64,000 nucleotides of DNA from Octopus vulgaris (taxonomy: Eukaryota). The translations under genes were made by a program, and so were the position numbers. The notes below the pieces were generated by a model. It made no database searches. It had not been told where the DNA came from and saw nothing but the letters and a program-made list of their open reading frames with translations. The stretch is from positions 47,554,001 through 47,618,000 of the forward strand of contig OX597831.1 in NCBI GenBank assembly GCA_951406725.2. The letters run 5' to 3'. This document shows positions 50,046-64,000 of this stretch, piece by piece; within the stretch, counting starts at the first letter, position 1, and each line of letters opens with the position of its first letter.

Positions 50046-50220
50046 CCCCCTCCCACACCAAACGTGCCATCCCCTACTTCCAATTCCTCTGTCTCCAACG
50101 TCTGTGCAGCTGTGACCAGGATTTTGAGACTCAGTCTCAGTACTTGGCCCTTTGCTCACTCGTTGCAAATATCCCTCCACTCCTTCTCCATGCCATCTTA
50201 ATCTATATCTGCCATGTTGA
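50046..50220 (+). pseudogene. PLE RT-thumb fragment starting at a (TG)n tract
   Basis: PSHTKRAIPYFQFLCLQRLCSCDQDFETQSQ is homologous to 12025-12120. Confidence 0.8.
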
Positions 50221-50224
50221 TTTG

Positions 50225-51095
50225 AACTCCCAAGAAGCTCAGTGTTACAAGAAACTTCATCATCAATGTAGATGTAGACAGGTTATACTTCCCATGCAAG
50301 GATGGTAGTTGTGATCACAAATCTGTATTGATACCATATGAAGCACGTATTGTGACACTGAAACATCTGCAGCAGAGGAAAGAGACCAGTAACTATCTTG
50401 CTCAAGCTTGTGATCATGAAAGATAGCTAATGAATTTGAGAAGTATGAAATAAGAACTGATGCAGATCTCTCCCAAAGCAGCATTGATAAAATCTATTTG
50501 TTAGGACAAAATAAAAAAAATTCACCAGTGCACTGAGAAAATTGTACATGGGTACTTGGCACAAAAATCTCAAACCATAGAAGGGACTGATCATGTCAAA
50601 AGCTTGGCATGGAGTACTGACAAGTTTATGACATCCTACTTTGAAGGCTACCTCCATTCAAGAGATCCCCGCCAGGTACCTACAGCATAAAAGTCAGAAA
50701 ATGTTGATAGACAACAAACATAGGCTGTGCAAGACCAAGATTGAAGACATCAACCATATTATTGCCAACTGCAAGAGAATGTCTTCCAACTATTATCTTC
50801 CCATGAATCATAATGTGGTGGCCAGACAGTGTGGAACAGGAAAACAAAACAAAACCATCTACAGATGAAGTTGACTATATTGCGACCAATGGTTTAAAAG
50901 AATACCATTGGGACTTGGGAATTAAAACAGTCACCAAGTTAAAATACAATCGACCAGATATTGTTGTGTGAGACCACAAAGAAAAGATGTATTCTGTTGT
51001 GGAAATCAACTGCCTTTTCAACACCAATATGGTTAGAAAAATACAAGAGGACATCTATGGACCACCGATAAGGAGTTTGCAAATTTAGTACCCAA
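50225..51095 (+). mobile_element. Degenerate R4/Dong-like LINE 3' region
   Basis: IQEIPARYL…HRLCKTKIEDINHIIANCKRMSSNYYLPMNHNVVAR, and KYNRPDIVV*DHKEKMYSVVEINC. Confidence 0.75.
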
Positions 51096-51290
51096 ATTTG
51101 CAAATTAGTCAGCCAGTAGTAATAGTTTAGTCTGCTATAAGAGTTAACTAAATTTATGATTTGCTGACTTTCTAATTCCACTTAGATGACCATTAAATAA
51201 AAAAAATTTATGTAAACATGATCTAATTTAGATTTTGTTTACTTAAATTTATGTAAAATGATCAGGTCAATTTTATGGACCCCTAAGTTT

Positions 51291-51517
51291 TTAACCCTTT
51301 AGCATTTAAACCGGCCATATCTGGCCAAAATAGTTAATCTGTTTTATGTTCAAACTGACCAGATCCAGGCTCTCGTACCTACCCTACAATGTTATTCTAC
51401 ATTAAGTAATTACACCATCAACATCTTGAAGATATGAGACAATGCATGATTAATTCAAATCAATGTGAATCAATAAGCATTATGTTTGATAGAATAATCT
51501 GAACACTAAAGGGTTAA
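51291..51517. mobile_element. TTAA-flanked piggyBac-like MITE, family 2
   Basis: TTAA-CCCTTTAGCATTTA…TGAACACTAAAGGG-TTAA. Confidence 0.8.
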
Positions 51518-53137
51518 ACCCATTCTGCAACATGTTGGTTGGTGTCATAACAGTTGCAAGGTGTACAGAAGTGTCCCATAACTGTATAGACTCTTAATCA
51601 GGTTCTTTCAGTGCAGGAAACCTGGGGGTTCTAACAAGTAACCATGGTAATGTTTATTACTATTGCTACTTCTATCCAACTTATATCTTCCTTCATTCAC
51701 TACAACACTGATGGAAGAGGTAAAACAATGCCAGCTGGATATGAGTTCACATGATTGGCATGGTATCCTACTTTTATAGGATTAATAAATTTAATAAATA
51801 AAACTTGCAAATAAAAAATTAAATGGTTTTCTTTTTAATAGTATCAGTTTAGGAGTGATGGGAAGGGTAGGATAGGAGTCAATAATAAGTATTCTAGTCA
51901 TTCTAGATTTATAGCCTCATAGTTACTGCCTTTCATAGGTGGCGTATTAGCAGTAATAGCATTGAATAAGAATGACTGCTTCCCCGGTATTTGTTTTGTG
52001 TTTTGAGTTCAAATCTCATTGAAATAAACTTTGCATTTCATCTTTTCATGGTTGATAGAAAAGGTATCGAGCCTGCATGATTGATTAGGTGGAACACACT
52101 TCTCAGTATCTGATCTGATTCTCTGCATTCTGAATTCAAATCTCTCTGGGATCAACTTTGCTTTTCATTCTTTTGCCATCAATATAAAAACATCAAGAGA
52201 AAATATTGGCATAGGAGTGGCTGTGTGGTAAGTAGCTTGTTTACCAACCACATGGTTCTGGGTTCAGTCACACTGCATGGCACCTTGGGCAAGTGTCTTC
52301 TACTATAACCGCGGGTCAACCAAAGCCTTGTGAGTGGATTTGGTAGATGGAAACTGAAAGAAGCCCGTCATATATATGTATATATATGTCTCTGTATATG
52401 TTTGTGTGTCTGTGTTTGTCCCCCCAACATCGCTTGACAACCGATGCTGGTGTGCTTACGTCGCTGTAACTTAGTGGTGTGGCAAAAGAGACCGATAGAA
52501 TAAGTACTAGGCTTGCAAAGAATAAGTCCTGGGGTCGATTTGCTTGACTAAAGGCGGTGCTCCAGCATGGCTGTTGTCAAATGACTGAAACAAGTAAACG
52601 AGTAGAATGGTGGATTGGTGGAACTGTCAAATGGTTGGGTGAGATGTCTCAGCATGGTGATAGTAGTAAAGCCTGTGATGATCTCACATGAAGCTTATCG
52701 GTCTACATTTGTGGCCTTCCTCCTGGATGAACATCAGTAGCATGGAGAGAATAAGTTGGCATGTAAGGGCAGTCTCCAAAAGGTCCAGACTAAGCATGCA
52801 CGTACACGTGTAGATCAGTGCTGGATTAACCATTAAGCAAAATAAGTCCGTGCTTATAACATTAAGGGTAGTGGGGCACCACAGAAATGGTGAATAGTTT
52901 ATGGCACAAAAGAATTCTCTTTAAACATGCTAGAATAATAGTTGGAGTGGTTTATATGATCAGAAATTGCACCACCTGAAGAGATGCTTCTGCACTGTTG
53001 GGTACACTGTAATTCATTGTATAGTTTCCAACTGACGAAGGAGTGGTGCAGGGTGTGTTGAAACGATTGTAGTGATTAATAGTTTCCAGTATACTCTATC
53101 TTCCATATGCATTATTTCTACTATATATATCTATATA

Positions 53138-53247
<110 letters not shown>

Positions 53248-53650
53248 TATATATGTGTATATATATATAATTGAAAAAAGACTAGAGATCTATACAAATC
53301 AATTTTTCATATATATAAACGATGGAGATGGAAATAGTGCAGAAGTGAGTCTAAGATGTTTCAATTTAAGAGGGAATTTAATAAAAATGATTTTTAAAAA
53401 TTATATAAAGAAAATATTACCAGTTTCGACAAATATCATCATATCAAATATCAGTAAAAATTTATAAAAATCTGAAGTAAAACAGTTTATCTTCTGTCTG
53501 GGGGTCAAGAGACATGTTCTTGGCCCCCCCCCCCACCCCGATGATTTTCTCCATCTTTATTCTTGTTACACACACACATGTAATATACATATATACATAT
53601 AGATATGCATACATATATATGTATATACACATACATACATACATACATAC

Positions 53651-53693
<43 letters not shown>

Positions 53694-53701
53694 ATATATA
53701 T

Positions 53702-54040
53702 GATGTATAAAGCCATTAATGACAGAAATATTTTGATAAAATTTTATTTAACAATAAGAAAATTCAAATATCATGATAAACTGTTTCATAACTTAAAAGC
53801 ATGTAAATAATTTATATCATTATATTTAATAATAAGTAAATTACATGTCTGCATTAATGCAGCTTTTTTTTTGCATTTTGTATTAATGCAGATATATATA
53901 TAATTTATTTATTTTTAAATATAATAATATGAATTATTTACATATTTTAAAGTTCAGAATGAATTTGTTGTAATATTTGAATTTTCTTGTTAAATAAAAT
54001 TTCATTAAACTATTTCTGTCATTTATGACTTTATACATTC
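53702..54040. repeat. Degenerate AT-rich fold-back with ~160-bp arms
   Basis: 53702-53862 pairs with 53879-54040 around a T-rich loop, next to (TA)n. Confidence 0.7.
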
Positions 54041-54540
54041 CTTATAGTTTTCTCTCATATTGTACTATATATTCTATGAGCAAAATGCCCCCACCTCCAA
54101 TGGACGGTGCTGAGTTGTCAAACATTTAAACCAAATTTTCTCAAAACAACTTGTCTGACCGTCCCATAGGCCTCCCCTTTGAGAAACACTGATTTAACCT
54201 AAATTTGAAACACCAGCAAAAGAAGAAATAAAGATAGACATTTTTTTCTATTCCAAAGAGTTCTTTATCGATCAAATTCTCACCTGGAATCGATTTTTGT
54301 AATTTTTTCAAGACTTATACATGCCCTGATACCATCAGTATCTACATATCAAATTTGAGCGCAATCGGATGGAGGATGCCCAAGATCCTAGAAGATACAC
54401 ACACAGACAGACAGAATAGATTTTATATAAGAGACATGGTTTGTAGAATGATACATTAAGGAGTTTTTTTTTATGGGTAGTACCGGATTACTTGAATTCA
54501 TATATTGTGACTTAAACATATGTATGTATATATGTATATG

Positions 54541-54920
54541 TGGAGGCGTGATGGCCCAGTGGTTAGGGTAGTGGATTCGTGGTTGTACGATTGCGGTTTT
54601 GATTCCCAGACTGGGCATTGTGAGTGTCTATTGAGCAAAGAACACCTAAAGCTCCATGGGGCTTTGGCAGGGGATGGTGGAAAATCCTGCTGTACTCTTT
54701 CATCACAACTTTCTCTCACTCTTTCTTCCTGTTTCTGTTGTACCTGTATTTCAAAGGGCCAGCCTTGTCACACACTGTGTCATGCTGAATCTCCCTGAGA
54801 ACTACGCTAAGGGTGCATGTGTTTGTGGAGTGCTCAGCCACTTGCGTGTTAATTTCACGAGCAGGTTATTCCATTGATTGGATAGACTGGAACCCTCATC
54901 ATTGCAACTGACAGTGCCAC
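54541..54920 (+). mobile_element. SINE family D (tRNA head), representative copy
   Basis: Head TGGCCCAGTGGTTAGGGTAGTGGA…GGTTTTGATTCCC. Related heads at 17543-17837(-), 48275-48575 and 55790-56070(-), with differing bodies. Confidence 0.75.
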
Positions 54921-54922
54921 AA

Positions 54923-54970
<48 letters not shown>

Positions 54971-55747
54971 TAGGTATTTATGCATGTATATGTGTATATA
55001 TCTTAAATATATAAATACAAATACAAGCATTTATAATATGATCCAAACTAGAGGCTATATTCTTTAACCTTCATCATCATTATCATCATCATCATCATCG
55101 TTTAACGTCCATTTTCCAAGCTGGCATGGGTTAGAGCTGAAATTTTACATGCGGATGCATCATTTAAGAAATTTATTGGGTTTTTTTCTTCTATACTTTC
55201 TAAAAAAGTAGAATTGCATGGAAGCAACAACTTTGCATAAACCAACATTTCTGAACCAACTGAAGATCATTTAACTGAAAATCTTTTAAAGCAGTTTATC
55301 CAAAATATAGTGGATTCATGTGACTGTATATACTCTTTTACTGTTTTACTTGTTTCAGTCATTTCACTGCGGCCATGCTGGAGCACTGCATTTAGTAGAG
55401 CAAATCAACCCCAGGACTTATTCTTTGGAAGCCTAGTACTTATACTATTGGGCTCTTTTGCCGAACTGCTAAGTTACAGGGACGTAAACACACCAGCATT
55501 GGTTGTCAAGCAATGTTGAGGGGGAGGGGGACAAACACAGACACACAAACATATAAAAACACACACATATATATATACATATATACGACAGGCTTCTTTC
55601 AGTTTATCATCTACGAAATCCACTCACAAGGCTTTGGTCAGCCCGAGGCTATAGTAGAAGACACTTGCCCAAGGTGCCACGCAGTGGGACTGAACCCGGA
55701 ACCATGTGGTTGGTAAGCAAGCTACTTACCACACAGCCACTCCTGTG

Positions 55748-55781
<34 letters not shown>

Positions 55782-57494
55782 TTAAACCAGGCCATCAGAT
55801 GTTGCTACATATCGCTGGTCACAATGCGTTTCGCATTGTTTTAGCCATCAAATGATGCCACTCCACTGACTAAGCAAGTAGGCCAACAGAAGAAACAGTG
55901 AGAGAAAGTTGTGGTGAAAGAGTACAGTAGGGATCACCACCAACCCCTGCCAGAGCCTCATGGAGATTTAGGTGTTTTCGCTCAATAAACACTCACAATG
56001 CCCTGTTTGAGAATCAAAACTGTGATCCTATGACCGCGAGTCCGCTGTCCTAACCAATGGGCCATTGTGCATCGCGTGACTGTATATATAAGGTACTAAT
56101 AAACTTAGGTGAGATTGGCCACTGCTGCTTGTTTGTTTGTATGTATGTATGTATGTATGTATGTATGTACATATGTATGTATGTATGTATGTACATATGT
56201 ATGTATATAAGTACATATGTACGTATGTTCATATGTAATGTTTGTATGTATATATGTATGTAATGTAGAGTACATATGTAATGTATGTATGTATGGATTG
56301 ATGGATAGATTGATGGATTGATGGAGGGATGTGTAGGTAGGTATGTGGATAGACAGACAGATGGATGGAAGGTCAGGTGGGTTGTTAGATGGATAGATAG
56401 GTAGAAAGAGAGATAGATAGGTAGATAGATAGATAGATAGATATACTTCTTTACTGCCCACAAGGGGCTAAACATAGAGGGGACAAACAAGGACAGACAA
56501 ACGGATTAAGTTGATTATATTGACCCCAGTGTGTAACTGGTACTTATTTAATCAACCCCGAAAGGATGAAAGGCAAAGTCGACCTCGGCGGAATTTGAAC
56601 TCAGAACGTAACGACAGACGAAATACCACTAAGCATTTTGCCCAGCATGCTAACGTTTCTGCCAGCTCGCCGCCTTATAGATAGATAGATTGATAGATAA
56701 GCGGATACAATTAAACAGACAGACGAACAGATAGTCAGATTATGTAGGTCTGGTAATACGAACAAACACGAAAAAATCGAACTCGAAATATGATTGCAAC
56801 AATTTTATCTCACTAAAGTGCTAAATATTTCAAGAATATAATATTTAGTGATTAGTATGTGTTAATTTGGGAAACTGATCCTCTTAGCCATAATTTTCTC
56901 ATTCAAAAGAGATCCTAAAATTTTTCTGCTTCAATTCCATTCTTTAGTAATCCAAACAAACACTAATCCAGTTTTCCATATTGTTACACTCCGATTTCCC
57001 AGTCACTCATTCTTTCACAGCTTTCTGTCTGTTAATCTCAAGCTCAAGTCTTCTTTTGCAGTCTTATAGTCTGAAAATCAAAGCAATTGAACTGCTCCAT
57101 AAACTTTTGTTTGTGTTATCATTTCCTTTTTTTTTTCTCTTTTTGTTTTTGTTATTCCATTTGTTTGGTAGTTTTTTTTGTTGTTGTTGTTTTGGTTGCT
57201 TGATATTTTTGCTGCTGTTCATTCATATTTCAAAGAATATAGAAATGATGATTGAAATTATTCTTTTCATTCTTTTCGTTTTTTTTTTCCAGTTTCAGTC
57301 ATTTGATTATGATCGTGCTAAGACGCAGCCATCAAGGATTTTGCTGAAATAAAATAATGCTCCTATTACTTATTGTAACCTGGGGCTTTGTGCTTTGTTA
57401 CCCGATGATTGCAGATCAATAAAATCAGTTGCAGGATAGAAAGGGACACAACACAAACAGCAACATTGGTAAGCAGTGTAAACATGGACAATGG

Positions 57495-58345
57495 GTAAAT
57501 TGTCGTCATTTTATATTTTTAATTTCATGCATACGCATTGTTTGCTTTTGATTTTGTCAACAACACAGTGTAGTAGGGTCAGTTGGGCACTGGCTGTGAG
57601 AAAAACAGCACCATGACACAATTCACTCTGCCAGAAATTTGGAAACGACATGCTGAACTACTTGGCATTTGTGGCAGAAGCTTCTATATGAATATTTCAG
57701 AGTGCTTGGGTGTCAATGTAAAGACAGTGCAATCTGAGGACATGTATTGAGAGTGACAAAAATCAATTATCCAGTCAACATCATGGTGTTTGGAGTGATC
57801 ACTCATGATGGCGACATTATACCTCCATTCATCTTCCCACACAGCATCAAACTCCTGGAGGAGATAGTGCTGTCCTGGCTCAACAGGGTGGCTGCTGGAA
57901 GATCCTATGTCTGGAAACAGGACTCTGCACCATGCTACACAAGCAGGAGAACCCAGGCATGGCTGTCTGAAAATTTCTGTGACCACATCACCCCTAACAT
58001 CTGTGCACCTAACTCCACAAACTGCAACTCTCCTGATTATTATGTGTGGGACCACAGTTGAGCCAGAAACCAACAAAATACCTTGTAACACCAAAAATGA
58101 ACTGAAGGCAAGGATCATGGCAGCATTCACCAACTTAAATAAGGAAACCATCCAGAAGAGTTGCAAAAGATCCTGAAGTCATCTGGAGGATGTGGTTGAA
58201 GCCGATGGCAATTTTAATGAATAAATTTACTTTTTAATATTTCAAGATATTTTTATGTAATTTTGGTAAATATCTGTTAAAATGAGATGTCAGTGTTATT
58301 TTCATTTTTGTGTAATTTAGACAACAGTTTATTCACCACACCCTG
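57495..58345 (+). mobile_element. Tc1/mariner-superfamily relic (maT/DD37D-like)
   Basis: IMVFGVITHDGDIIPPFIF…WKQDSAPCYTSRRTQAWL…PNSTNCNSPDYYVW. The right end is caccctg+TA. Confidence 0.8.
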
Positions 58346-59477
58346 TATATGTATAGAGGCCAGACTAATGTGGGCCACCTCTTCCCAGTGATAAAAATGG
58401 GTTCATGTGGAGCTAACAGCAAAATTACAGAAGCATCACATGACAATTCAAAATTAACAAGACCTGGAAAAGGACAGCCTAGGGTTGCGAATGGTGAAGA
58501 AAACTCATTGAAGACCTATGCTTCATATGGAGTGATGGGACTTAATGCAAAAAACCATAAAAACAAAGGAGTGATTTGAGGGAGAGTTAGCTGCTATTTC
58601 TTGCAGGTAAAAATGACATTCATCATTGCAAAAGAAGCAAAGAATAAAGCTGTTAAAGTACAAGAGAAAGACTGATTAAACAAAGGACTTTGAGAGAAAG
58701 AGAGGGGAAGAGGGAGAGGAACGAGTTGAGAGAGGGGGAGGAGAGGGAGAGGGGGAGTGAGAGAGAGAGAGAGAGAGAGAAAGAGAATTAGTACATCATT
58801 ATTACAATAAAAAGTGTCAGAGTTTCCTTTGAAACAGCACAAATTAGTGTCATTAATTGATAATCTGGACTAATATTTATTAATTCACAGAAAGAATAAT
58901 TAATATCGAGATTAGACATATACGAAACACAATATTGGTGTCACGCTAATGTCAATAGGGACATTGGACAAAACATAAATAAAACAAAGCAGCTAACTAG
59001 CAAAGTCATTCAAGCATTAGGTCAAATAATTTTGTGCTATGTGTTCTGATACTCGGTACTCTGGGTTCAAATCCCATTAAAATCCTGCTGAAGTCAACTT
59101 CATCTGTCATTCTTCCTGAGTTGATAACTCAAATAACAGACAAATGCTGTAGTCACTTCTCTCTCTCCCTCTGTCTCTGTCTCTCTGTTCCTCTCTCTCT
59201 CTCTGTATATATATATATATATATGTATAGTCTTTATTCTTTGACTTGTTCCAGTCATTTGACTATGGCCGTGCTGGAGCACCACTTTTAGTCAAATAAA
59301 TCGACTCCAGGACTTATTCATTGTAAACCCAGTACTTATTCTATCAGTTCCTTTTGCCAAACTGCTAAGTTACAGGGATGTAAACACACCAATATAGGTT
59401 GTCAAGTGATGGTGAGGGGACAAACAGACACACAAATACACACACACACACACAGATATATATACTATGCATTCATC

Positions 59478-60390
59478 AGTGTCAAACTAACAGAGGAATG
59501 TACTGCAATGGAAATGTTGTTTAGCCCCAGGTCAGCCCTTACCGAGTAGACACACGATTACAGTGGCATAGCTAGAATGTATGCTGTCTAGGGAAGTCTT
59601 TGAGCTTGCTGCCCACCATCCTCAAGCCCCCAGTCCTATGCAGCAAACTCAAATGTGCCACTCTGATGAAAATGTTGCACAAAAGCATCCCCACTTTGTC
59701 CTGCCCCCATGTCTCACTAAAGGTGCCTCTGCCCTACACCTTGTTCCACCCACTCCACTCCCAATGCTACATTGCTTTATGATCAAAATGAATTCAAATT
59801 ATTGCAGATGTCATTAGGTGTGGTGATGAAAGCACTGTACTGTTTGTAAATTTGCAAATGCAAATTTGTATGTAGGGTAGTACCATCGTCGTCATTTTAA
59901 CATTCACTTTTCCATGCTTTCATAGGTTAGACAAAGTTCATCAGCTGACAAAAATATCTCCTGGATATCTACCATGAGAAAAAATGTTGCAATCTTCCAA
60001 GACAAATTCTATACTTTTTGTTACCATTGAAGTAAACACTATAGTGACCATAGAACAGGCACCCACCTCTCAAACACAATTCTTTGCATTTCTGCTGAAG
60101 TCTGCATGGTTTTGTGGCAAGAAGCTTGCTTCCCAATCACAATTCTTTTGGCATGTGAGTAAGGATAGGAATGGTAGCCAACCTCTAAAAACAGACCTAA
60201 ATTCCATTAAGTGTGAATAGTAATATAACCTAGTTCTTCAGGACTACTACTAGCCATTGTCCACTCAAAGACTTCCCTAGGTAGCATACATTCTAGCTAT
60301 GCCACTGTAATCGTGTATCTACTTAGAAAGGGCTGACCTGGGGCTAAACAACATTTCCGTTGCAGTACATTCCTCTGCTATTTTGACACT
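59478..60390. repeat. ~127-bp inverted repeat enclosing ~660 bp
   Basis: 59478-59604 is the reverse complement of 60264-60390. Confidence 0.85.
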
Positions 60391-62304
60391 TTGGTAACAG
60401 AAGACAGATGAAGCAGTGGTGCTCCATAGTCTTATTTGCTTTCTTATACTTACATGCTATTGGGCAAGTCCTTTTGCCCTCATCTAACTATAGCAGCTTT
60501 TGATCTTCTCATTTTTACCTCAGGTGATCAAGTGTTCTCCACTGAGTATATGATTCTGTTGAGCATGAAATGAGATCTTCAATTAACAACAGGACAGCTA
60601 AGCATTCATCAATGTACTGCTATGAAGTCTTTGTTTAGCCCCAGGTCAGCCCTGATCGAGTAGAACTGTGATCAAAAGGAATTCAAATTATGACCAACAT
60701 TATTTTTGCTTAGACATTGTGTGTCTTGGGCAGCATTCTTTTGTTCCTTTATTCTTTTACTGGTTTCAGTCATTTGACTGTGGTCATGCTGGAGCACTGC
60801 TTTAAAGGGATTTTAGTTGAAGAAATTGACTCAGGACTTATTCTTTGTAAGCCTAGTACTTATTCTATTGGTCTCTTTTTAGTGAACTGCTAAGTCACAG
60901 GGATGTAAACACACCAGCATTGGTTTTCAAGCAATGGTGGGGGGCAAACACAGACACACACAGACATACACACAGACACACATACAGACACACACAAACA
61001 GACACACATATATATATGCGATGGCTTTTTCAGTTTCTGTCTACCAAATCCACTTACAAGTCTTTAGTCAGCCTAAGGCCACAGTAAAAGACACTTGCCC
61101 AAAGTGCCATGCAGTGGGACTGAACCTGGAATCATGTGATTGGGAAGTCATGCCTACACCTATACCCTTTTTTGAAAAAAGTAAGTAGAGTACAAATTCA
61201 AGAAGATTTCACAGAAGATGGTTACTGTCAAGTGTCTGCATCCAAAGCCGGAGTTTAGTCATTTTCAAAAGAGTGCACTAATTTATTAATAATGGTTTCT
61301 TTGGACAAAGTACCTGGTCAATTTTGTTAGAGATGAGGTGCAATTAGTTAAAACTGACTCTCTCATTTTATTAATCATTTGATCAACCCTGAGAACATAT
61401 GCCAATGAATGAGCCTCAGTATGGCCAACCAGCCTGCTAGAAGTATCAGCCAAATCTGCTTTATATCAAGGCTTTAGTGTGGCTGTGTGGTTAAAATGTT
61501 TGCTTCCCAGCCACATGGTTTCAGATTCACTCCTATAGCATATCACCATGGAGAAGTATCTTCTATTTTAGCCCTAAGCTGACCAAAGACTTGTGAATGG
61601 ATTTGGTAGACCAAAACTGAAAGAAGTCCAGTGTATATATATGTGTGTGTGTGCATGTGTATATATCTGTGCATACATGTAGGTTTGTGTCTCCTTGTCT
61701 TCACATTGTATGATTGTTGTAAACGAATGTCTTTATTTCCAGTGTTTTACAAAATCATGTCTGGTCATGACATTGATGATGATGTTGATGACAATGATGA
61801 TGACAACAAGAATGACGATAATTATGATGACGACAACAACGATGATGACAATGATGATGATGATGATGATCACATGCCAATGTCTCAAAACAGGAAGGAA
61901 GGAAGCATTGAATAGTTTAGTTCTAAATACACAATGACTGAAAGAAAGTTTGTATGGTATGGTCATGGTTGGAATTGCTATCATCATAACTGTGCTTGTC
62001 AAAGCTGCACAGTCACTTGACCTGCAAGAGATGGCAGCTAAATATCCCTTATATCACACTCTGTTGTCTCAAAAAAAGGGGAAGGAAGTATTAAATAGTG
62101 TGATCCTGGGTACACTATGCCTTCTTTTTATTTCATTTTTTCACGGCTTAGTTATGAAGGGAATGGAATCGCAGCACTCAAGAGTCTTTATATTTTTCAA
62201 ATCCTGATAAGAAGGGACAAAATTAACTTGTAATTGGAAACCTAGCTCAAATGCTTATGAAAGGTCGAGCTCTACTTAAGGCATCAAGGGACCAGGCGGT
62301 GGCT

Positions 62305-62534
62305 TTAACCCTTTTGATACCAACCTACCTGAAACCACCTCTGGCTCTGTAGTATAAATGTCTTGTTTTCATAAGTTTTGAATTAAAATCTTCCACCAAA
62401 CCTTAGTCACAATTTATGTTCCTAACACTAGCTTAATGATAACTAAGTTATTTTACTAAATTCTTTGTTATATTCAAAATTAAATGAAAGAAACACAGAG
62501 CATCTCAAAATACATACGGTAACAAAAGGCTTAA
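62305..62534. mobile_element. TTAA-flanked piggyBac-like MITE, family 1 (other copies at 14448-14676 inverted, and 17408-17940 split by a SINE)
   Basis: TTAA-CCCTTTTG…CAAAAGGC-TTAA, with a shared interior across three copies. Confidence 0.8.
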
Positions 62535-63225
62535 CCCAGATGATAGATTAAGTCTAACACTCAAGAACTCAAAGCGCAAGAATCAACTCAAATACCTCAA
62601 GGCATCTCATCTTACACTCTAATAATTATTATAATCCACTACTCTGGGATGATATTTTATTTTATTGACCCTTAAATAACAAAAATTAAAACTGACTTCA
62701 TTGAAATTTTGAATGTAATGAACCAAAACAAATGCCTATAAAGTATATAATTTCATACACTAACAATTTTGCAAGTCTACTTCTCAATCCATTGGTGTTT
62801 CATTTTATCAACTCTCAAAGAATGAAAGACAAAACCAGCCTGATTGAAATCTGAACGCCATACATAAAGAACTAGAACAATTACCATAACAGTTCTACCT
62901 GTCCAATGCTATGGACAGTTCCTTTATACCATCGACCCTCAAAGAATGAAAAGTATAGCTGGCCGTAGTGGGATTTGCACTCAGAGAGAGCAAGAAGACA
63001 GTTGAAAGTACTGTCATGCTTGGAATGTCTTTGGTCGTAGATTTGCTTGATTAAGACTATCTTGAGACAAAACAACAATGATATCAGCAATAACACTATC
63101 AACAACATCGATATCAGTCAGCAACAACAACAACAACTTTGAAAGGATAGTAAGACAAAATCAATGTAAAAAAACTTTCTGCTCAGAACTTAGAACTACT
63201 CTAAAGAAAACATTTGAATCATGGC

Positions 63226-63264
<39 letters not shown>

Positions 63265-63291
63265 CACACACACATGCACACACACACGTGC

Positions 63292-63330
<39 letters not shown>

Positions 63331-64000
63331 ACACTGATGTCTTGGTCATCTCAGCAGTTTCAGATATTTTGGTTTTGTTTCTTTATAATAGTTTCTGGTC
63401 TTGTCTGGGGGTTTATTTTCTTTTTTCCGTTTTTTTTTGGAGGGTGTTATTATTGTTTTTTTTTTTTTATTTATTATTTTTTTTTTTATCGATAATGGCT
63501 GCTTATCTCCATTTTTAAATAGCTTGGATTTTCTCAGATATGACAAAAAAAGCAAAAAACAAAAAATGAAATAATCAGAAAGGATAAATAGTTCCATATC
63601 GAACAACAAATGTTGTTTGCATAAAAACAAAAAAAAAAATCGTAAAAAAAAAATTACAGAAAATAGTATGTGAGAGAGAAGGCAAGCACGTATCTTTAAA
63701 TGTGTCGTTGAAAACTTAAACTAAGCTAAAGTTCAGATTGACTTAGTGAAAAATCTACTGTTAAACCAAAGAAAGCTGACTGACTTATACAAGCAGACAC
63801 AACATATACATGTGTTGACCTTTTGTGATCAATCATAGACACAGCCTGTCTGATTTGCTGGATTAATCTAGAAGACATCACTATTTAATAACCAAATCAT
63901 CACTTGAGTTTTAAGAATTACTTTGTTTTGTTCTTTTTCTCTTTTTTTGTTCCTTTCAGAAAATGCTGTGCTGTATCATATTTAAGACACGTTTTGTTTT

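Noticed and set aside
59663-59700. CTGATGA followed by a weak hairpin inside the 59.5-60.4 kb inverted repeat
   Set aside because: No GAAA, stem III or closing stem I.

Overview
This is AT-rich animal genomic DNA, essentially non-coding. The microsatellite density and SINE repertoire suggest an octopus or other cephalopod, but that is inference. Nearly all ORF-track entries are artefacts of simple repeats ((CA)n, (TA)n, (TATG)n, (CAT)n, (GAA)n, (CAC)n). The real content is transposon debris: several tRNA-headed SINE families, RTE/CR1/R4-like LINE fragments, mariner/Tc1 relics, TTAA- and 8-bp-TSD MITEs, and a 5'-truncated Penelope-like element (PLE) with RT thumb and GIY-YIG endonuclease at 11836-13811. 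The main hidden signal is about a dozen type I hammerhead ribozyme (HHR) motifs from at least six unrelated small non-coding element families. They are mostly embedded in (TA)n or other microsatellites and usually built as a forward copy plus an inverted 5' copy lacking the 3' tail. Each family has its own palindromic minimal stem III (ACGT, ACTAGT, ACGTACGT, A(C/T)GATC(G/A)T, AG(A)ACT, AC(A)CGT). Highlights are an intact HHR in a ~585-nt retrozyme-like tandem unit (31488-32458), an intact HHR in a long rod-like fold (31111-31450), and a tRNA-Ile-like Pol III head fused to an HHR (15601-15914). Only weak candidate host exons on the minus strand were seen.
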